DNA of 64,000 nt from Desulfuromonadales bacterium (lineage in GTDB: Bacteria > Desulfobacterota > Desulfuromonadia > Desulfuromonadales > JAAYDE01): the NCBI GenBank assembly GCA_963665045.2, contig CAXXJQ010000006.1, forward strand, positions 375,053 to 439,052. The letters are read 5' to 3'. This document shows positions 35,621-45,091 of the stretch, one piece after another. A program made the translations under genes and the position numbers. The notes below the pieces were generated by a model, which had not been told where the DNA came from, ran no database searches, and worked only from the letters and a program-made list of their open reading frames with translations. The first letter of the stretch is position 1, and each line of letters starts with the position of its first letter.

Positions 35621-35941
35621 TTACAGTCCCGGCTCATATAGGCAGTTTTGCATTCCAAAATCATCGTATTCCCGCATCCGGCAATCCGGGATGTAAATCT
35701 TTCCGTCGACAAAATAAAAATAGCCAAACCCCTGCCCCGCGGGCACCGAAATTTCCCAGGTTTTCAGATCGGCTTGTTTTGCCTCATGAACTTTAAAACC
35801 GTCCAGTGACGATGCAAAACCCACTCGGGAGACATCCTCCAGTTTTAGATAAAGGTGCAGATTTTCACCACTTATCTCGTGGTAATGGCTGGCACAGCCG
35901 AAAAGAACGAAAAACAGCAAAAAATAAAACCACCGCCTCAT
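35621..35941 (-). CDS. lipoprotein with CBM48/AMPK-beta glycogen-binding-like module
   Basis: Lipobox LFGC. The pattern LHLYLKLEDVSRVGFASSLDGFKVHEAKQ..WEISVPAGQGFGYFYFVDGKIYIPD follows the V.L.GSFN.W....M.....G.W...L.L..G.Y.YKF.VDG scheme. The ATG overlaps the upstream stop (ATGA). Confidence 0.65.
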   Translation of the reverse strand: MRRWFYFLLFFVLFGCASHYHEISGENLHLYLKLEDVSRVGFASSLDGFKVHEAKQADLKTWEISVPAGQGFGYFYFVDGKIYIPDCRMREYDDFGMQNCLYEPGL

Positions 35942-36537
35942 ATGGAGTGCTCCACATTCAGCACGGTATTTTCTCCACCGAAATCATCTTTTTCCCGGGT
36001 TTGAACGGTCGGATCCGCAACCTGCCGACGGCCATCCAGAACATAGAAATAGCGATGCTCCCCGGCAGGAAGAGCAAGTCTGGCCTCCCAGTAACCGGAA
36101 ACGCCCACCGGCCGCATGGGAATTCGCTGCCATGATGTGAAAGTGCCGGAGATCTCCACCTGTGCCATCTCCGGCTCGTAAATAATGAAACGGTTTCGTG
36201 TAAGACCCGCCGAAGGCTCAGAAGACATATTGGCAAACACGAAGAGGACTAGAATAGCCGCAGCCGCAGCCCAACCTGCCAAGGGTCGAAACCATGGCCC
36301 AAAAGCAAAAAGTGAACGCCTTTCACTTGGTGGGCTCTTCCCGGACAGAGAACCGGCCAAGCTTTCCTCAAAAGCCGGAACCTTGTCGGCCACTCTCAAG
36401 CGCAACTTCTTTTCCTGGCGCAGAAGGGTCAAAGCCTCTTCCTTAAAGACGCCATCGGCGTAAATCTTTTCGACAAAGCCAATCTTTTCGTCAAGATCCA
36501 TTTCATCATCAATGAAAAGGCTGATCCAATAGTCCAT
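35938..36537 (-). CDS. putative anti-sigma factor (single TM) with periplasmic CBM48/AMPK-beta-like module
   Basis: Directly follows and overlaps the ECF sigma gene. N-terminus ISLFIDDEMDLDEK, TM GWAAAAAILVLFVFA, C-terminus VEISGTFTSWQRIPMRPVGVSGYWEARLALPAGEHRYFYVLDGRRQVADP. Confidence 0.65.
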   Translation of the reverse strand: MDYWISLFIDDEMDLDEKIGFVEKIYADGVFKEEALTLLRQEKKLRLRVADKVPAFEESLAGSLSGKSPPSERRSLFAFGPWFRPLAGWAAAAAILVLFVFANMSSEPSAGLTRNRFIIYEPEMAQVEISGTFTSWQRIPMRPVGVSGYWEARLALPAGEHRYFYVLDGRRQVADPTVQTREKDDFGGENTVLNVEHSI

Positions 36538-37022
36538 CAGTCTCCTCCCGCGTTGAGAATCGTTTTAAGTTTAAGCCTGGCACGGTGCACCTTCACTTTG
36601 ACGTGGGATTCACTGATGTCGAGGATGCGGCCGATTTCCCGGTAGCTGCAATCACCCCCTGCTACCAGGGCCAGGACTTCCCTGTCGTTGGGACTCAATT
36701 GCTGCAAAGCCCCAATCATTTGACGGTATTCCTCCCGAATCAGAACATGGTGCTCACCGTCAGCGAAGCAATCTTCGGAATGATTTTCCGGCATTACCCC
36801 TATTTTATCTGGTTTTTTGCGCCGCGATTCATCAAGTACCAGGTTGCGAGCAATGGTATATAGAAGTGATGTTTTCTCCTCAATATGCCGATAATGCTCG
36901 AAAAAGCGCAGAAAGCTTTCCTGCATAATATCGCCGGCCAGGTGGTAATCACCGGTCATGCGCAGCAAATAGTAAAAAAGCCTGGCATTGTGTTTTTCGT
37001 AGAACTGCCGGTAATTATCCAT
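36537..37022 (-). CDS. ECF-type RNA polymerase sigma-70 family factor
   Basis: Region 2 LAGDIMQESFLRFFE and region 4 LSPNDREVLALVAGGDCSYREIGRILDISESHVKVKVHRARLKL. 161 aa. Confidence 0.9.
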   Translation of the reverse strand: MDNYRQFYEKHNARLFYYLLRMTGDYHLAGDIMQESFLRFFEHYRHIEEKTSLLYTIARNLVLDESRRKKPDKIGVMPENHSEDCFADGEHHVLIREEYRQMIGALQQLSPNDREVLALVAGGDCSYREIGRILDISESHVKVKVHRARLKLKTILNAGGD

Positions 37023-37460
37023 ACACTTTCATAACGTCCAACAAAGCAAAAGGTTACAACAACAGGATAGCTTTTTCCGAACCTCACCTTTTTTTTCTGA
37101 AGCGCTCTTCTTTTCTTTCTACCATTCCACAGTCCTTTTACTGAAGCCCCGCACTCCGACTGAGCAGCAGCACGTATAATACGTCTAATGATATCTTCCA
37201 AAACACTTTTCCTTATCCTTTTCCTGCCGAATACGCAACCGCTTCAAAGTGAAATCAAGTCTATTTAACTCGAAACGATTGACAAGAGGTTTCCTCAAAA
37301 ATTAATGAAACGGATAATTCATACCTGAGCGGCATCGCTTATTAAACGGCATCAATCCTCAAGTATTTTGACTTTACCGGCCAAGTTTCGCCATGTAATA
37401 TGAAGGAATTAGAAATTAACAAACATATTGTCTGATGTTGAAAGCTTCAGGAGGGAAAAG

Positions 37461-38027
37461 ATGTCTTACGGAATGGCCAGAGATGACGCTCTTTCGCTGG
37501 TTAATGAACACCTCAAGAATCCCAATATGATCAAACACTGCCTCGCCACCGAAGCAGTCATGAAAGCCCTTGCTGAAAAACTGGGCGAAAATCCTGAAAA
37601 ATGGGGGTTGGCCGGGCTTCTTCACGACCTTGACGCCGAAGCGACGGCAGACGATCTTTCGATTCACACCCACGAAACTGTCAAAATATTAAAGGGGAAG
37701 GGGCTCAATGACGAAATCATTGAAGCCATCCGGCTTCATAATGAACACGCCCATCCGGAAAAACGCTCTACTGTTTTTCAACACGCACTGGCTGCCGGCG
37801 AAACCATTACAGGACTGATCATTGCCACAGCCCTGGTCTACCCGGACAAAAAACTTGCCAGCGTCAAGGCCAAGTCGGTCAAAAAACGTTTTAAAGAAAA
37901 GGCCTTCGCTGCCGGGGCCAACAGGGATATTATTCGGGAATGTGAAAAATGCGGCCTGGAGCTTGGGGATTTTGCCGAACTCTGCCTGACGGCTATGCAG
38001 GGGATTTCCGACGATCTTGGTTTGTGA
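37461..38027 (+). CDS. HD-domain phosphohydrolase
   Basis: The ATG at 37461 follows CAGGAGGG. IKHCLATEAVMKALA...GLLHDLD HD motif. Confidence 0.8.
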   Translation: MSYGMARDDALSLVNEHLKNPNMIKHCLATEAVMKALAEKLGENPEKWGLAGLLHDLDAEATADDLSIHTHETVKILKGKGLNDEIIEAIRLHNEHAHPEKRSTVFQHALAAGETITGLIIATALVYPDKKLASVKAKSVKKRFKEKAFAAGANRDIIRECEKCGLELGDFAELCLTAMQGISDDLGL

Positions 38028-38196
38028 ACAGCGGGAAAAATCGTATGATTTTGGTGATATTCTGGAGTGAACAGCAAAAGAGAATGCTGGCTGAGGGGGC
38101 CTGATTGGCCCCCTCACGCAAACTGATTTTAGAAAAGGGGATTGCTAGCAAACAATAGCTGGAATTTTATGCGATTAAAGTGGTAGGTTTCCTTTT

Positions 38197-38385
38197 TCAC
38201 AGAGGCTTGGGATCACAGACGTATTCAGCCCGGGCAACTTTTGCACCGCATTTACCACATTCGAATTTTTGCTCGGCGGTGTAAACTTTAATCTGGCCGG
38301 CGCCAACATAGCCTCTTTTTTTCAATGCACAGATATGAATATGAGCAACATCCTGTTCTTTTCCACAATTAGCACATTTAGCCAT
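38197..38385 (-). CDS. small (62 aa) Cys/His-rich putative metal-binding protein
   Basis: Strong RBS AAGGAGGT 6 nt before the ATG. CANC ... HIHIC ... CGKC ... C ligand pattern. No family recognised. Confidence 0.65.
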   Translation of the reverse strand: MAKCANCGKEQDVAHIHICALKKRGYVGAGQIKVYTAEQKFECGKCGAKVARAEYVCDPKPL

Positions 38386-38546
38386 AGTAACCTCCTTAGC
38401 TCCATCGTTTTCGCTAAAATATTGTTAAAACATAGTTCTGAAAACCCCTTTTCCCGATTTGGAAAAGTATCATTTGGCCATTTCCCTGTCAATACTTTCA
38501 AAGAACCCAGACACATTTTAAAAAACTAATATCGCCGTTTTCATTT

Positions 38547-39305
38547 ATGAATCCTACTGAACTGAAAAAACTTCTTCATGCCCTCCAGGCAGGAGAAATT
38601 TCCCTGGCTGAAGCGGAAAAAAAACTTTTGGGTCTCCCCTTTCAGGACCTCGGCATGGCCCAGATCGATCATCATCGCGAGTTGCGTCAGGGCTTTCCCG
38701 AGGTCGTTTTCGGGGAGAATAAGGAATGCGACCAACTTGATGCCATTGTCAAAGCCATGCAGGACAAAAACTCCAATATACTGGTAACCCGTCTTTCAAA
38801 AGAAAAAGGGGCCTTCCTGCTGGGGAACCATCCCGATGGGCACTACGATACTCTAAGCCGCACGTTCGTCATCGAACAAAATCCGACAGCGAAAAAAAGC
38901 CAAGGGAAGATTTTGATCATCTGTGCCGGGACATCCGATCTGCCCGTCGCCAGAGAGGCCGCCGTCACCGCAAGAATTTTCGGCAATGAGGTGGAAGAGC
39001 TGATCGATGTCGGCGTCGCCGGTCTGCATCGTCTGTTGTCGAAAACAGATAAACTGCGGGAGGCATCGGTCATCATTGTCGTGGCCGGGTTCGAAGGAGC
39101 GCTCCCCTCCGTTGTCGGCGGCATGGTTGCGGTTCCGGTAATCGCAGTTCCCACCTCCGTCGGTTACGGCGCTTCGTTCGGTGGCCTCGCAGCCCTCCTC
39201 GGCATGCTCAACTCATGTGCCAGCGGCGTGACGGTCGTCAACATCGACAACGGTTTCGGAGCCGCCTGCGCCGCCACGCGCATCAATCAAACAGGATTTA
39301 AATGA
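38547..39305 (+). CDS. larB: nickel-pincer cofactor biosynthesis protein LarB (AIR-carboxylase-like)
   Basis: [44 protein letters not shown] and [15 protein letters not shown] PurE-like blocks with the LarB-type N-terminal extension. Confidence 0.85.
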   Translation: MNPTELKKLLHALQAGEISLAEAEKKLLGLPFQDLGMAQIDHHRELRQGFPEVVFGENKECDQLDAIVKAMQDKNSNILVTRLSKEKGAFLLGNHPDGHYDTLSRTFVIEQNPTAKKSQGKILIICAGTSDLPVAREAAVTARIFGNEVEELIDVGVAGLHRLLSKTDKLREASVIIVVAGFEGALPSVVGGMVAVPVIAVPTSVGYGASFGGLAALLGMLNSCASGVTVVNIDNGFGAACAATRINQTGFK

Positions 39306-40498
39306 CCGGAATAAAAAGGATACTCTATCTCGATACTTTTTCAGGCATCTCCGGCGACATGTTTCTCGGCCTGCTGATCGATCTCGGCGTCAGCCTTGAT
39401 GACATTCGGAGATCGCTGGAAACTCTTAACCTCGCCGGTTGGGAAATTTCGACGAGGCGGGAAAAACGCCGAGGCATCGAAGGCAGCCGGGTTGTCATTG
39501 CAATCCAGGAGCAACATCACCATCGCACTTGGGGGGACATCCGAATTCTCATTGAAAAAAGTCGCCTCGAACCCGATATCCGCGAATGTGCCTTGAAAAT
39601 TTTTCAGTGTATCGCCCGGGCGGAAGCCAAAATCCACGGCGTGACGGAAGACCAGGTGCATTTTCATGAGGTGGGGTCTGTCGACTCCATCATCGATATT
39701 GTAGGCTCGGCGGTTGGCCTGTTTCTCCTCGGCAACCCCGAAATCGTTTCCACCCCGCTGCCATTCTCCACAGGAACGGTCCGCTGCGCTCATGGCAATT
39801 ATCCCCTCCCGGCACCGGCCACCCTGGAAATCCTCCAGGGCCTGCCTCTCGTCGACAGCGGCCTGAGCCATGAACTCGTCACGCCAACCGGCGCCGCCAT
39901 TGCCGCCACATTAGCGACCTTCTGCCCTTTTCCGGACATGACCATTGAAAAAACCGGTTACGGTGTCGGCAGCCGCGATATTTCCGAGCAGCCCAACCTT
40001 CTGCGCGGAATTCTCGGACGGCGGGCAGCGCCGGGCTTGGAAAAGGATCATGTCGCGGTTCTCGAAACCAATCTTGACGACAGCAGCGCCGAATGGCTCG
40101 GCGCCCTGATGGAACGCCTGTTCGAGAGCGGCGCCCTCGATGTTTCCTTTGCACCTGTTCAAATGAAAAAAAACCGCCCCGGCGTAAAGATAACGGTTAT
40201 TTCCGAGCCTTGGAACGCTCAAAACCTGAGCCGGCTGATAATGCGGGAAACCAGTGCTATCGGGGTTCGCAGACACAACGCCGAACGCCTGAAACTTCAT
40301 CGGGAGAATCATATCTTCGCCTCTTCCCTGGGGGAGGTTTCACTAAAACTGGTTTTCGAAGGGGAGGACATCCTGCGTATTTCGCCCGAATACGAATGCT
40401 GCCGCCGCATTGCCCGGCAAAAGGACATCCCTCTTCCCGAGGTTTATCGTCTTATCAACCAGGAAGCGGAACAACGGTTCCGCCCCTCAAAAAGCTGA
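39302..40498 (+). CDS. larC: nickel insertion protein LarC (DUF111)
   Basis: ILYLDTFSGISGDMFLGLLIDLGV, HFHEVGSVDSIIDIVG, and the C-terminal KKNRPG block. The start overlaps the larB stop. Confidence 0.85.
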   Translation: MTGIKRILYLDTFSGISGDMFLGLLIDLGVSLDDIRRSLETLNLAGWEISTRREKRRGIEGSRVVIAIQEQHHHRTWGDIRILIEKSRLEPDIRECALKIFQCIARAEAKIHGVTEDQVHFHEVGSVDSIIDIVGSAVGLFLLGNPEIVSTPLPFSTGTVRCAHGNYPLPAPATLEILQGLPLVDSGLSHELVTPTGAAIAATLATFCPFPDMTIEKTGYGVGSRDISEQPNLLRGILGRRAAPGLEKDHVAVLETNLDDSSAEWLGALMERLFESGALDVSFAPVQMKKNRPGVKITVISEPWNAQNLSRLIMRETSAIGVRRHNAERLKLHRENHIFASSLGEVSLKLVFEGEDILRISPEYECCRRIARQKDIPLPEVYRLINQEAEQRFRPSKS

Positions 40499-40503
40499 CA
40501 GAC

Positions 40504-40962
40504 ATGCACCGTTTAATCCTTGTTTTTTCCAGCAATTTCGGCCTGGGATATTTTCCTGCAGCCCCCGGCACAATCGGCACCCTGGCCGGGATTCCGGCTT
40601 TTTACCTTCTAGCCCGGCTTCATCCCTTCGGGCGGGGGGCCGCTTTGCTGGCCCTGTTGCTTTTTTCTTTCTGGATTGCCGGGCAGGCGGGAAAAATTTA
40701 CGGCGTGGTTGACGATAAGCGCATCGTTATCGACGAACTCGTCGGCTATCTGGTCGGCGTTGTCTGGCTGCCCTTTTCATGGCCTGTTGCGGTAAGCGGT
40801 TTTGTCCTCTTTCGTTTTTTCGATATTTTGAAGCCCCCACCCGTCTCCTGGCTCGACCGCAAAATAAAAAACGGCTTCGGCGTCGTTCTTGACGATGTTA
40901 TGGCGGGAATATACACAGCTGCCGTTCTCTATCTTACGCTTCCAATACTGAAAAATTTTTAA
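40504..40962 (+). CDS. pgpA: phosphatidylglycerophosphatase A
   Basis: FGLGYFPAAPGTIGTLAGIP, DDKRIVIDELVG, FRFFDILKPPP. Confidence 0.85.
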   Translation: MHRLILVFSSNFGLGYFPAAPGTIGTLAGIPAFYLLARLHPFGRGAALLALLLFSFWIAGQAGKIYGVVDDKRIVIDELVGYLVGVVWLPFSWPVAVSGFVLFRFFDILKPPPVSWLDRKIKNGFGVVLDDVMAGIYTAAVLYLTLPILKNF

Positions 40963-40972
40963 AGGAGCAAAT

Positions 40973-42211
40973 TTGAATCCCAGGATAGCGGCCCTGACCA
41001 TCGGCAACGAACTTTTGGACGGCGATATCGCGGACAGCAACACCCAGCGCATGGCCGAAATTATTTCCCGGCAGGGCTTCCTTCTGCACCAAAGAATCAG
41101 TGTCGGCGATGATCCTCGAGCCATTGGTGAGGCACTGCTGTATCTTGGCAACCTGAATGACGTTGTGATCGTTTCCGGGGGTCTCGGACCCACCCGCGAT
41201 GACCTGACTGCTGAAGCCGCGGCCCAAGCCTTTCAACTGCCTCTGAAAAAAAACCAGGAAGCCCTGGAGGTCGTGCGCCGCTTTTTCAAAAAGCTGGGGC
41301 GGGAAATAACCCTGCGCCAGGAAAAACAGGCCATGGTTCCCAATGACGCCACGATTCTCAAAAACGACAGGGGCAGTGCTCCCGGCTTCTTCCTGCGTCA
41401 TCAAAACTGCTTATTCGCTTTTATGCCCGGGGTACCTCAGGAAATGGAGTTTATGCTTCAGCATTCGGTCCTGCCTCTGCTTAACGAAAACTTCCCTGAG
41501 GCCGTTCCCTGGCACCAGAAGACCTTCAAGCTTCTGGGCCTGCCGGAGTCTAATGCCGAAAGCATATTGGATTCCCTCAACCTGTCCGACCTGTTTCAAA
41601 TTGGCATTTGTGTCAAATTTCCTTTCGTCAACATCAGGCTCAGTCTCCGCGACAGAAAAGGGCCGGAATTGCTGGCTCAGGCCGGCACCAAAATACGTGC
41701 CCGCTTCGCTGAACAGCTGGTTGCGGAAGATGACGAAACCCTGGTCGGAAATGTCGCCGAACTTTTGATCCGCTCCGGTCAAACCCTCTCTCTGGCGGAG
41801 TCATGCACGGGCGGCTGGATTGCCAAAATGCTCACCGACATTCCGGGGTCATCCGCTTTCCTGGAGCGGGGGGCCGTGACCTACTCCAACCGGGCCAAAA
41901 ACAACTGGCTTCAGGTTTCTGAAGATATATTCAACGGCCCGGGAGCGGTCAGCGAAGAGTGCGCCCTGGCCATGGTACGGGGCATCCGCAAAGCCTCAGG
42001 GTCCGACCTGGCTTTGGCTGTCACCGGCATAGCCGGGCCGGATGGGGGAACCCCGCAGAAACCGGTTGGTACAGTTTTTATTGCCCTTGCCGACGCCCGC
42101 AAAGAAAAAGTTTTTCCGTTCCTTTTCCCGGGCGACCGGGAAAAGGTGCGATTTAGAAGCGCCTGCACGGCTCTCAACCTGTTACGCTGCCATTTTCTGA
42201 AATATCCGTAA
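40973..42211 (+). CDS. cinA: competence/damage-inducible protein CinA (MoCF-binding plus nicotinamide-nucleotide amidase domains)
   Basis: IGNELLDGDIADSNTQ, SGGLGPTRDDLT, and the C-terminal SLAESCTGGWIAKMLTDIPGSS. Confidence 0.9.
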   Translation: MNPRIAALTIGNELLDGDIADSNTQRMAEIISRQGFLLHQRISVGDDPRAIGEALLYLGNLNDVVIVSGGLGPTRDDLTAEAAAQAFQLPLKKNQEALEVVRRFFKKLGREITLRQEKQAMVPNDATILKNDRGSAPGFFLRHQNCLFAFMPGVPQEMEFMLQHSVLPLLNENFPEAVPWHQKTFKLLGLPESNAESILDSLNLSDLFQIGICVKFPFVNIRLSLRDRKGPELLAQAGTKIRARFAEQLVAEDDETLVGNVAELLIRSGQTLSLAESCTGGWIAKMLTDIPGSSAFLERGAVTYSNRAKNNWLQVSEDIFNGPGAVSEECALAMVRGIRKASGSDLALAVTGIAGPDGGTPQKPVGTVFIALADARKEKVFPFLFPGDREKVRFRSACTALNLLRCHFLKYP

Positions 42212-42302
42212 GAAATTTCAAGCCGCCATAATTTTTCTTACAAATCCTCATGTTACACGATACAATTGGATTCAATTTTTTGACGGCTGAAAGGGCAGCA
42301 GA

Positions 42303-42890
42303 GTGAAGACTTTGAGAACATTTCTGGCAGTCCCCCTGGGACAAAATGTTATCAAAGCCATTGATACTATACGTTCCGAACTGGTTTCCGTTTTACCGGA
42401 CGTCCGTTGGGTTTCGCCCGAAACCATGCACCTGACCATCAAGTTTTTCGGTGACATTCCCAGCCAGGACATTGACAAAATTAAGACGGCCATGCAACCG
42501 CTCCAAAAAGAACTGGAAAGTTTTGAAACAGACATCTCCGGCCTGGGTGCATTTCCTTCTCTCTCCCGACCCAGGGTTATATGGCTTGGCGTGAAAAATC
42601 AGGCAGCCTTCAAAAGGCTTCATTCAGCAGTAGAAAAAGAATTGAGCTGTATTGGCTTCGAGCAGGACGAGCGGCCTTTTTCGCCTCATCTCACTCTTGG
42701 CCGTGTCAAAAAACCGATTCCCTCGGCGGATAGATTATTGGAAAAATATAGGCATGTTTATTGCGGGAAAATGAAGGCTGACAGGCTGGTGCTGTTTGAA
42801 AGCCGCTTGAATCCCAGGGGCGCCGTTCATTTACCGCTGTTTTCCATTACCTTGGGAGATTCCCTCTCCGAGGACTTGGAAACCGACTAA
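42303..42890 (+). CDS. thpR: RNA 2',3'-cyclic phosphodiesterase (2H family, ThpR/LigT)
   Basis: Two H-x-T/S-x motifs: HLTIKFFG and HLTLGRV. Confidence 0.85.
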   Translation: MKTLRTFLAVPLGQNVIKAIDTIRSELVSVLPDVRWVSPETMHLTIKFFGDIPSQDIDKIKTAMQPLQKELESFETDISGLGAFPSLSRPRVIWLGVKNQAAFKRLHSAVEKELSCIGFEQDERPFSPHLTLGRVKKPIPSADRLLEKYRHVYCGKMKADRLVLFESRLNPRGAVHLPLFSITLGDSLSEDLETD

Positions 42891-42916
42891 CCCCATTCAA
42901 CTTGAGAGGTCATTTT

Positions 42917-43939
42917 ATGGTTGACAACAACCGGGAACAAGCCATCGGCCTGGCCATTAACCAGATTGAAAAACAGTTCGGCAAAGGCAGTATTATGCGC
43001 CTCGGCGAGGACGCAGCCCTCCCCGGCGTCAATGCCATTTCCACCGGCAGTTTGAGCCTTGACATCGCTTTAGGTGTCGGCGGCGTACCGCGCGGCCGGA
43101 TCATTGAGATATACGGACCTGAATCCTCGGGCAAAACCACCCTGGCCCTGCACATCGCCGCAGAAGCTCAGAAAAAAGGCGGGATTGCCGCTTTTGTCGA
43201 TGCCGAGCACGCTCTGGATATTTCGTACGCCCGTAAGCTCGGGGTCAAAACCGACGATCTCCTGGTTTCTCAGCCTGATACCGGAGAACAGGCCCTTGAA
43301 ATTACCGAGGTGCTGGTACGCAGCGGCGCCATTGATATCCTTGTGGTGGACTCGGTTGCAGCCCTGGTGCCCCGGGCTGAAATCGAGGGTGAAATGGGCG
43401 ATGCCCATATGGGACTGCAGGCCCGTCTCATGTCCCAGGCGCTTCGTAAATTGACGGCAACTATCAGCAAATCGAACTGTTGCGTCATCTTTATTAACCA
43501 GATCAGGATGAAAATCGGCGTCATGTTCGGCAACCCGGAGACCACGACCGGAGGCAATGCGCTGAAATTCTACGCCACGGTTCGCATGGATATCCGCAAA
43601 ATCGCCACCCTCAAGCAGGGCCAGGACATCATCGGCAGCCGGACGCGGGTCAAGGTGGTGAAAAACAAGGTCGCTCCCCCGTTCAAGGAAGCGGAATTCG
43701 ACATCATGTACGGTCAGGGTATCTCCCGCGAGGGCGATATCGTCGACCTCGGGGTCGACGCCGACATCATCGAAAAGAGCGGCGCCTGGTTCTCGTACGG
43801 GGAAGAGCGCATTGGCCAGGGCCGTGAAAACGCCAAGGAATTTTTGAAACAGCATGGGGATACGGCCAAAGAAATTGAACGCCGCATCCGTGAGAAATTT
43901 GGGCTGGAAGCCCCGATACCCACCCCCGAAGAGGATTAA
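42917..43939 (+). CDS. recA: recombinase RecA
   Basis: [15 protein letters not shown], Walker [29 protein letters not shown]. Starts at the ATG at 42917. Confidence 0.97.
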   Translation: MVDNNREQAIGLAINQIEKQFGKGSIMRLGEDAALPGVNAISTGSLSLDIALGVGGVPRGRIIEIYGPESSGKTTLALHIAAEAQKKGGIAAFVDAEHALDISYARKLGVKTDDLLVSQPDTGEQALEITEVLVRSGAIDILVVDSVAALVPRAEIEGEMGDAHMGLQARLMSQALRKLTATISKSNCCVIFINQIRMKIGVMFGNPETTTGGNALKFYATVRMDIRKIATLKQGQDIIGSRTRVKVVKNKVAPPFKEAEFDIMYGQGISREGDIVDLGVDADIIEKSGAWFSYGEERIGQGRENAKEFLKQHGDTAKEIERRIREKFGLEAPIPTPEED

Positions 43940-43942
43940 AAC

Positions 43943-45091
43943 ATGAAACTGTACGACATTCTTTCCACCGGCCTTCAGGCAAAAGCTTCAGATATCCATC
44001 TCAAAGCAGGCATCCCGCCTGTTTATCGCATCGATGGTGCGCTTCGGCCGCTGGGTAAAATGCCCCGCATGACCCCGGAAGCAACATTGAAAATTGCCAT
44101 TGAAATCATGAATGAGGGCCAGCGGGAACATTTCGAGGAAAACCATGAACTGGACCTTGCCTACGGTGTCCCGGGTCTGGGACGTTTCCGTGTCAATGTT
44201 TTTTCCCAGCGCGGCTCGGTCTCCATGGTCATGCGCTCCATCCCTTTCGGCGTAAAAACCCTCGAAGAATTGTTTCTTCCGCCCGTACTGAAAAAAATTG
44301 CTGAAAATAATCGCGGCCTGGTTTTGGTGACCGGCGCTACCGGTACCGGTAAATCGACCTCTCTGGCGGCTATGATTGACTACGTCAACAGCAACCGCAC
44401 CTCTCACATTGTCACCATTGAAGATCCCATTGAATTTCTTCACCGCGACAAAAAAAGCATCATCAACCAACGTGAAATCGGTTATGACACCAATAACTTC
44501 AACGTCGCCTTGAAAAGCGCCCTGCGCCAGGACCCCGATGTCATCCTGGTCGGTGAAATGAGGGACTCTGAAACCATTGAAACAGCTCTGACTGCGGCCG
44601 AAACCGGCCATCTCGTCTTTTCAACTTTGCATACGGTAGACGCCACCGAAACTGTCAACCGTATTGTTTCTGTTTTCCCACCTTACCATCAGCGCCAGGT
44701 CCGCCTGCAGCTCTCCAGCGTCATCAAAGGAATTGTTTCCCAACGCCTGGTCCCCCGAGCCGACGGCCAGGGCCGTGTACCTGCGGTCGAGGTCATGGTC
44801 GGCACCGCACGCACCAAAGAACTCATCGACAATAAGGACAAAACCAAAGAGATTCGCGACGCCATCCAACAGGGTTATGTCTCTTACGGCATGCAGACAT
44901 TTGACCAATCCCTCCTGAGTCTGCTAAAAAAGGAACTGATCACTCTGGAGGAAGCGCTGCGACAGGCTACCAATCCTGAAGATCTCAAACTTAAAATGTC
45001 CGGTATTTCTTCAGGTTCAGACACCAGTTGGGACGATTTTGACAAAAGCCGTGACGAGGAAGAAAACCCGCAGGAAGACTTCGGCAGCTGA
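43943..45091 (+). CDS. pilT: type IV pilus retraction ATPase PilT family, with acidic C-terminal extension
   Basis: ASDIHLKAGIPPVYRIDG, Walker A GATGTGKST, LRQDPDVILVGEMRD, TGHLVFSTLHT. Confidence 0.85.
   Translation: MKLYDILSTGLQAKASDIHLKAGIPPVYRIDGALRPLGKMPRMTPEATLKIAIEIMNEGQREHFEENHELDLAYGVPGLGRFRVNVFSQRGSVSMVMRSIPFGVKTLEELFLPPVLKKIAENNRGLVLVTGATGTGKSTSLAAMIDYVNSNRTSHIVTIEDPIEFLHRDKKSIINQREIGYDTNNFNVALKSALRQDPDVILVGEMRDSETIETALTAAETGHLVFSTLHTVDATETVNRIVSVFPPYHQRQVRLQLSSVIKGIVSQRLVPRADGQGRVPAVEVMVGTARTKELIDNKDKTKEIRDAIQQGYVSYGMQTFDQSLLSLLKKELITLEEALRQATNPEDLKLKMSGISSGSDTSWDDFDKSRDEEENPQEDFGS

Noticed and set aside
37033-37058. An ECF-type autoregulatory promoter (GTAACC, 15-16 nt spacer, CGTTA) on the minus strand upstream of the sigma gene.
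   Set aside because: The -10-like CGT lies only about 12 nt from the ATG at 37022. That leaves no room for a leader or SD unless the mRNA is nearly leaderless. The motif match is also partial (TAAC rather than GAAC).
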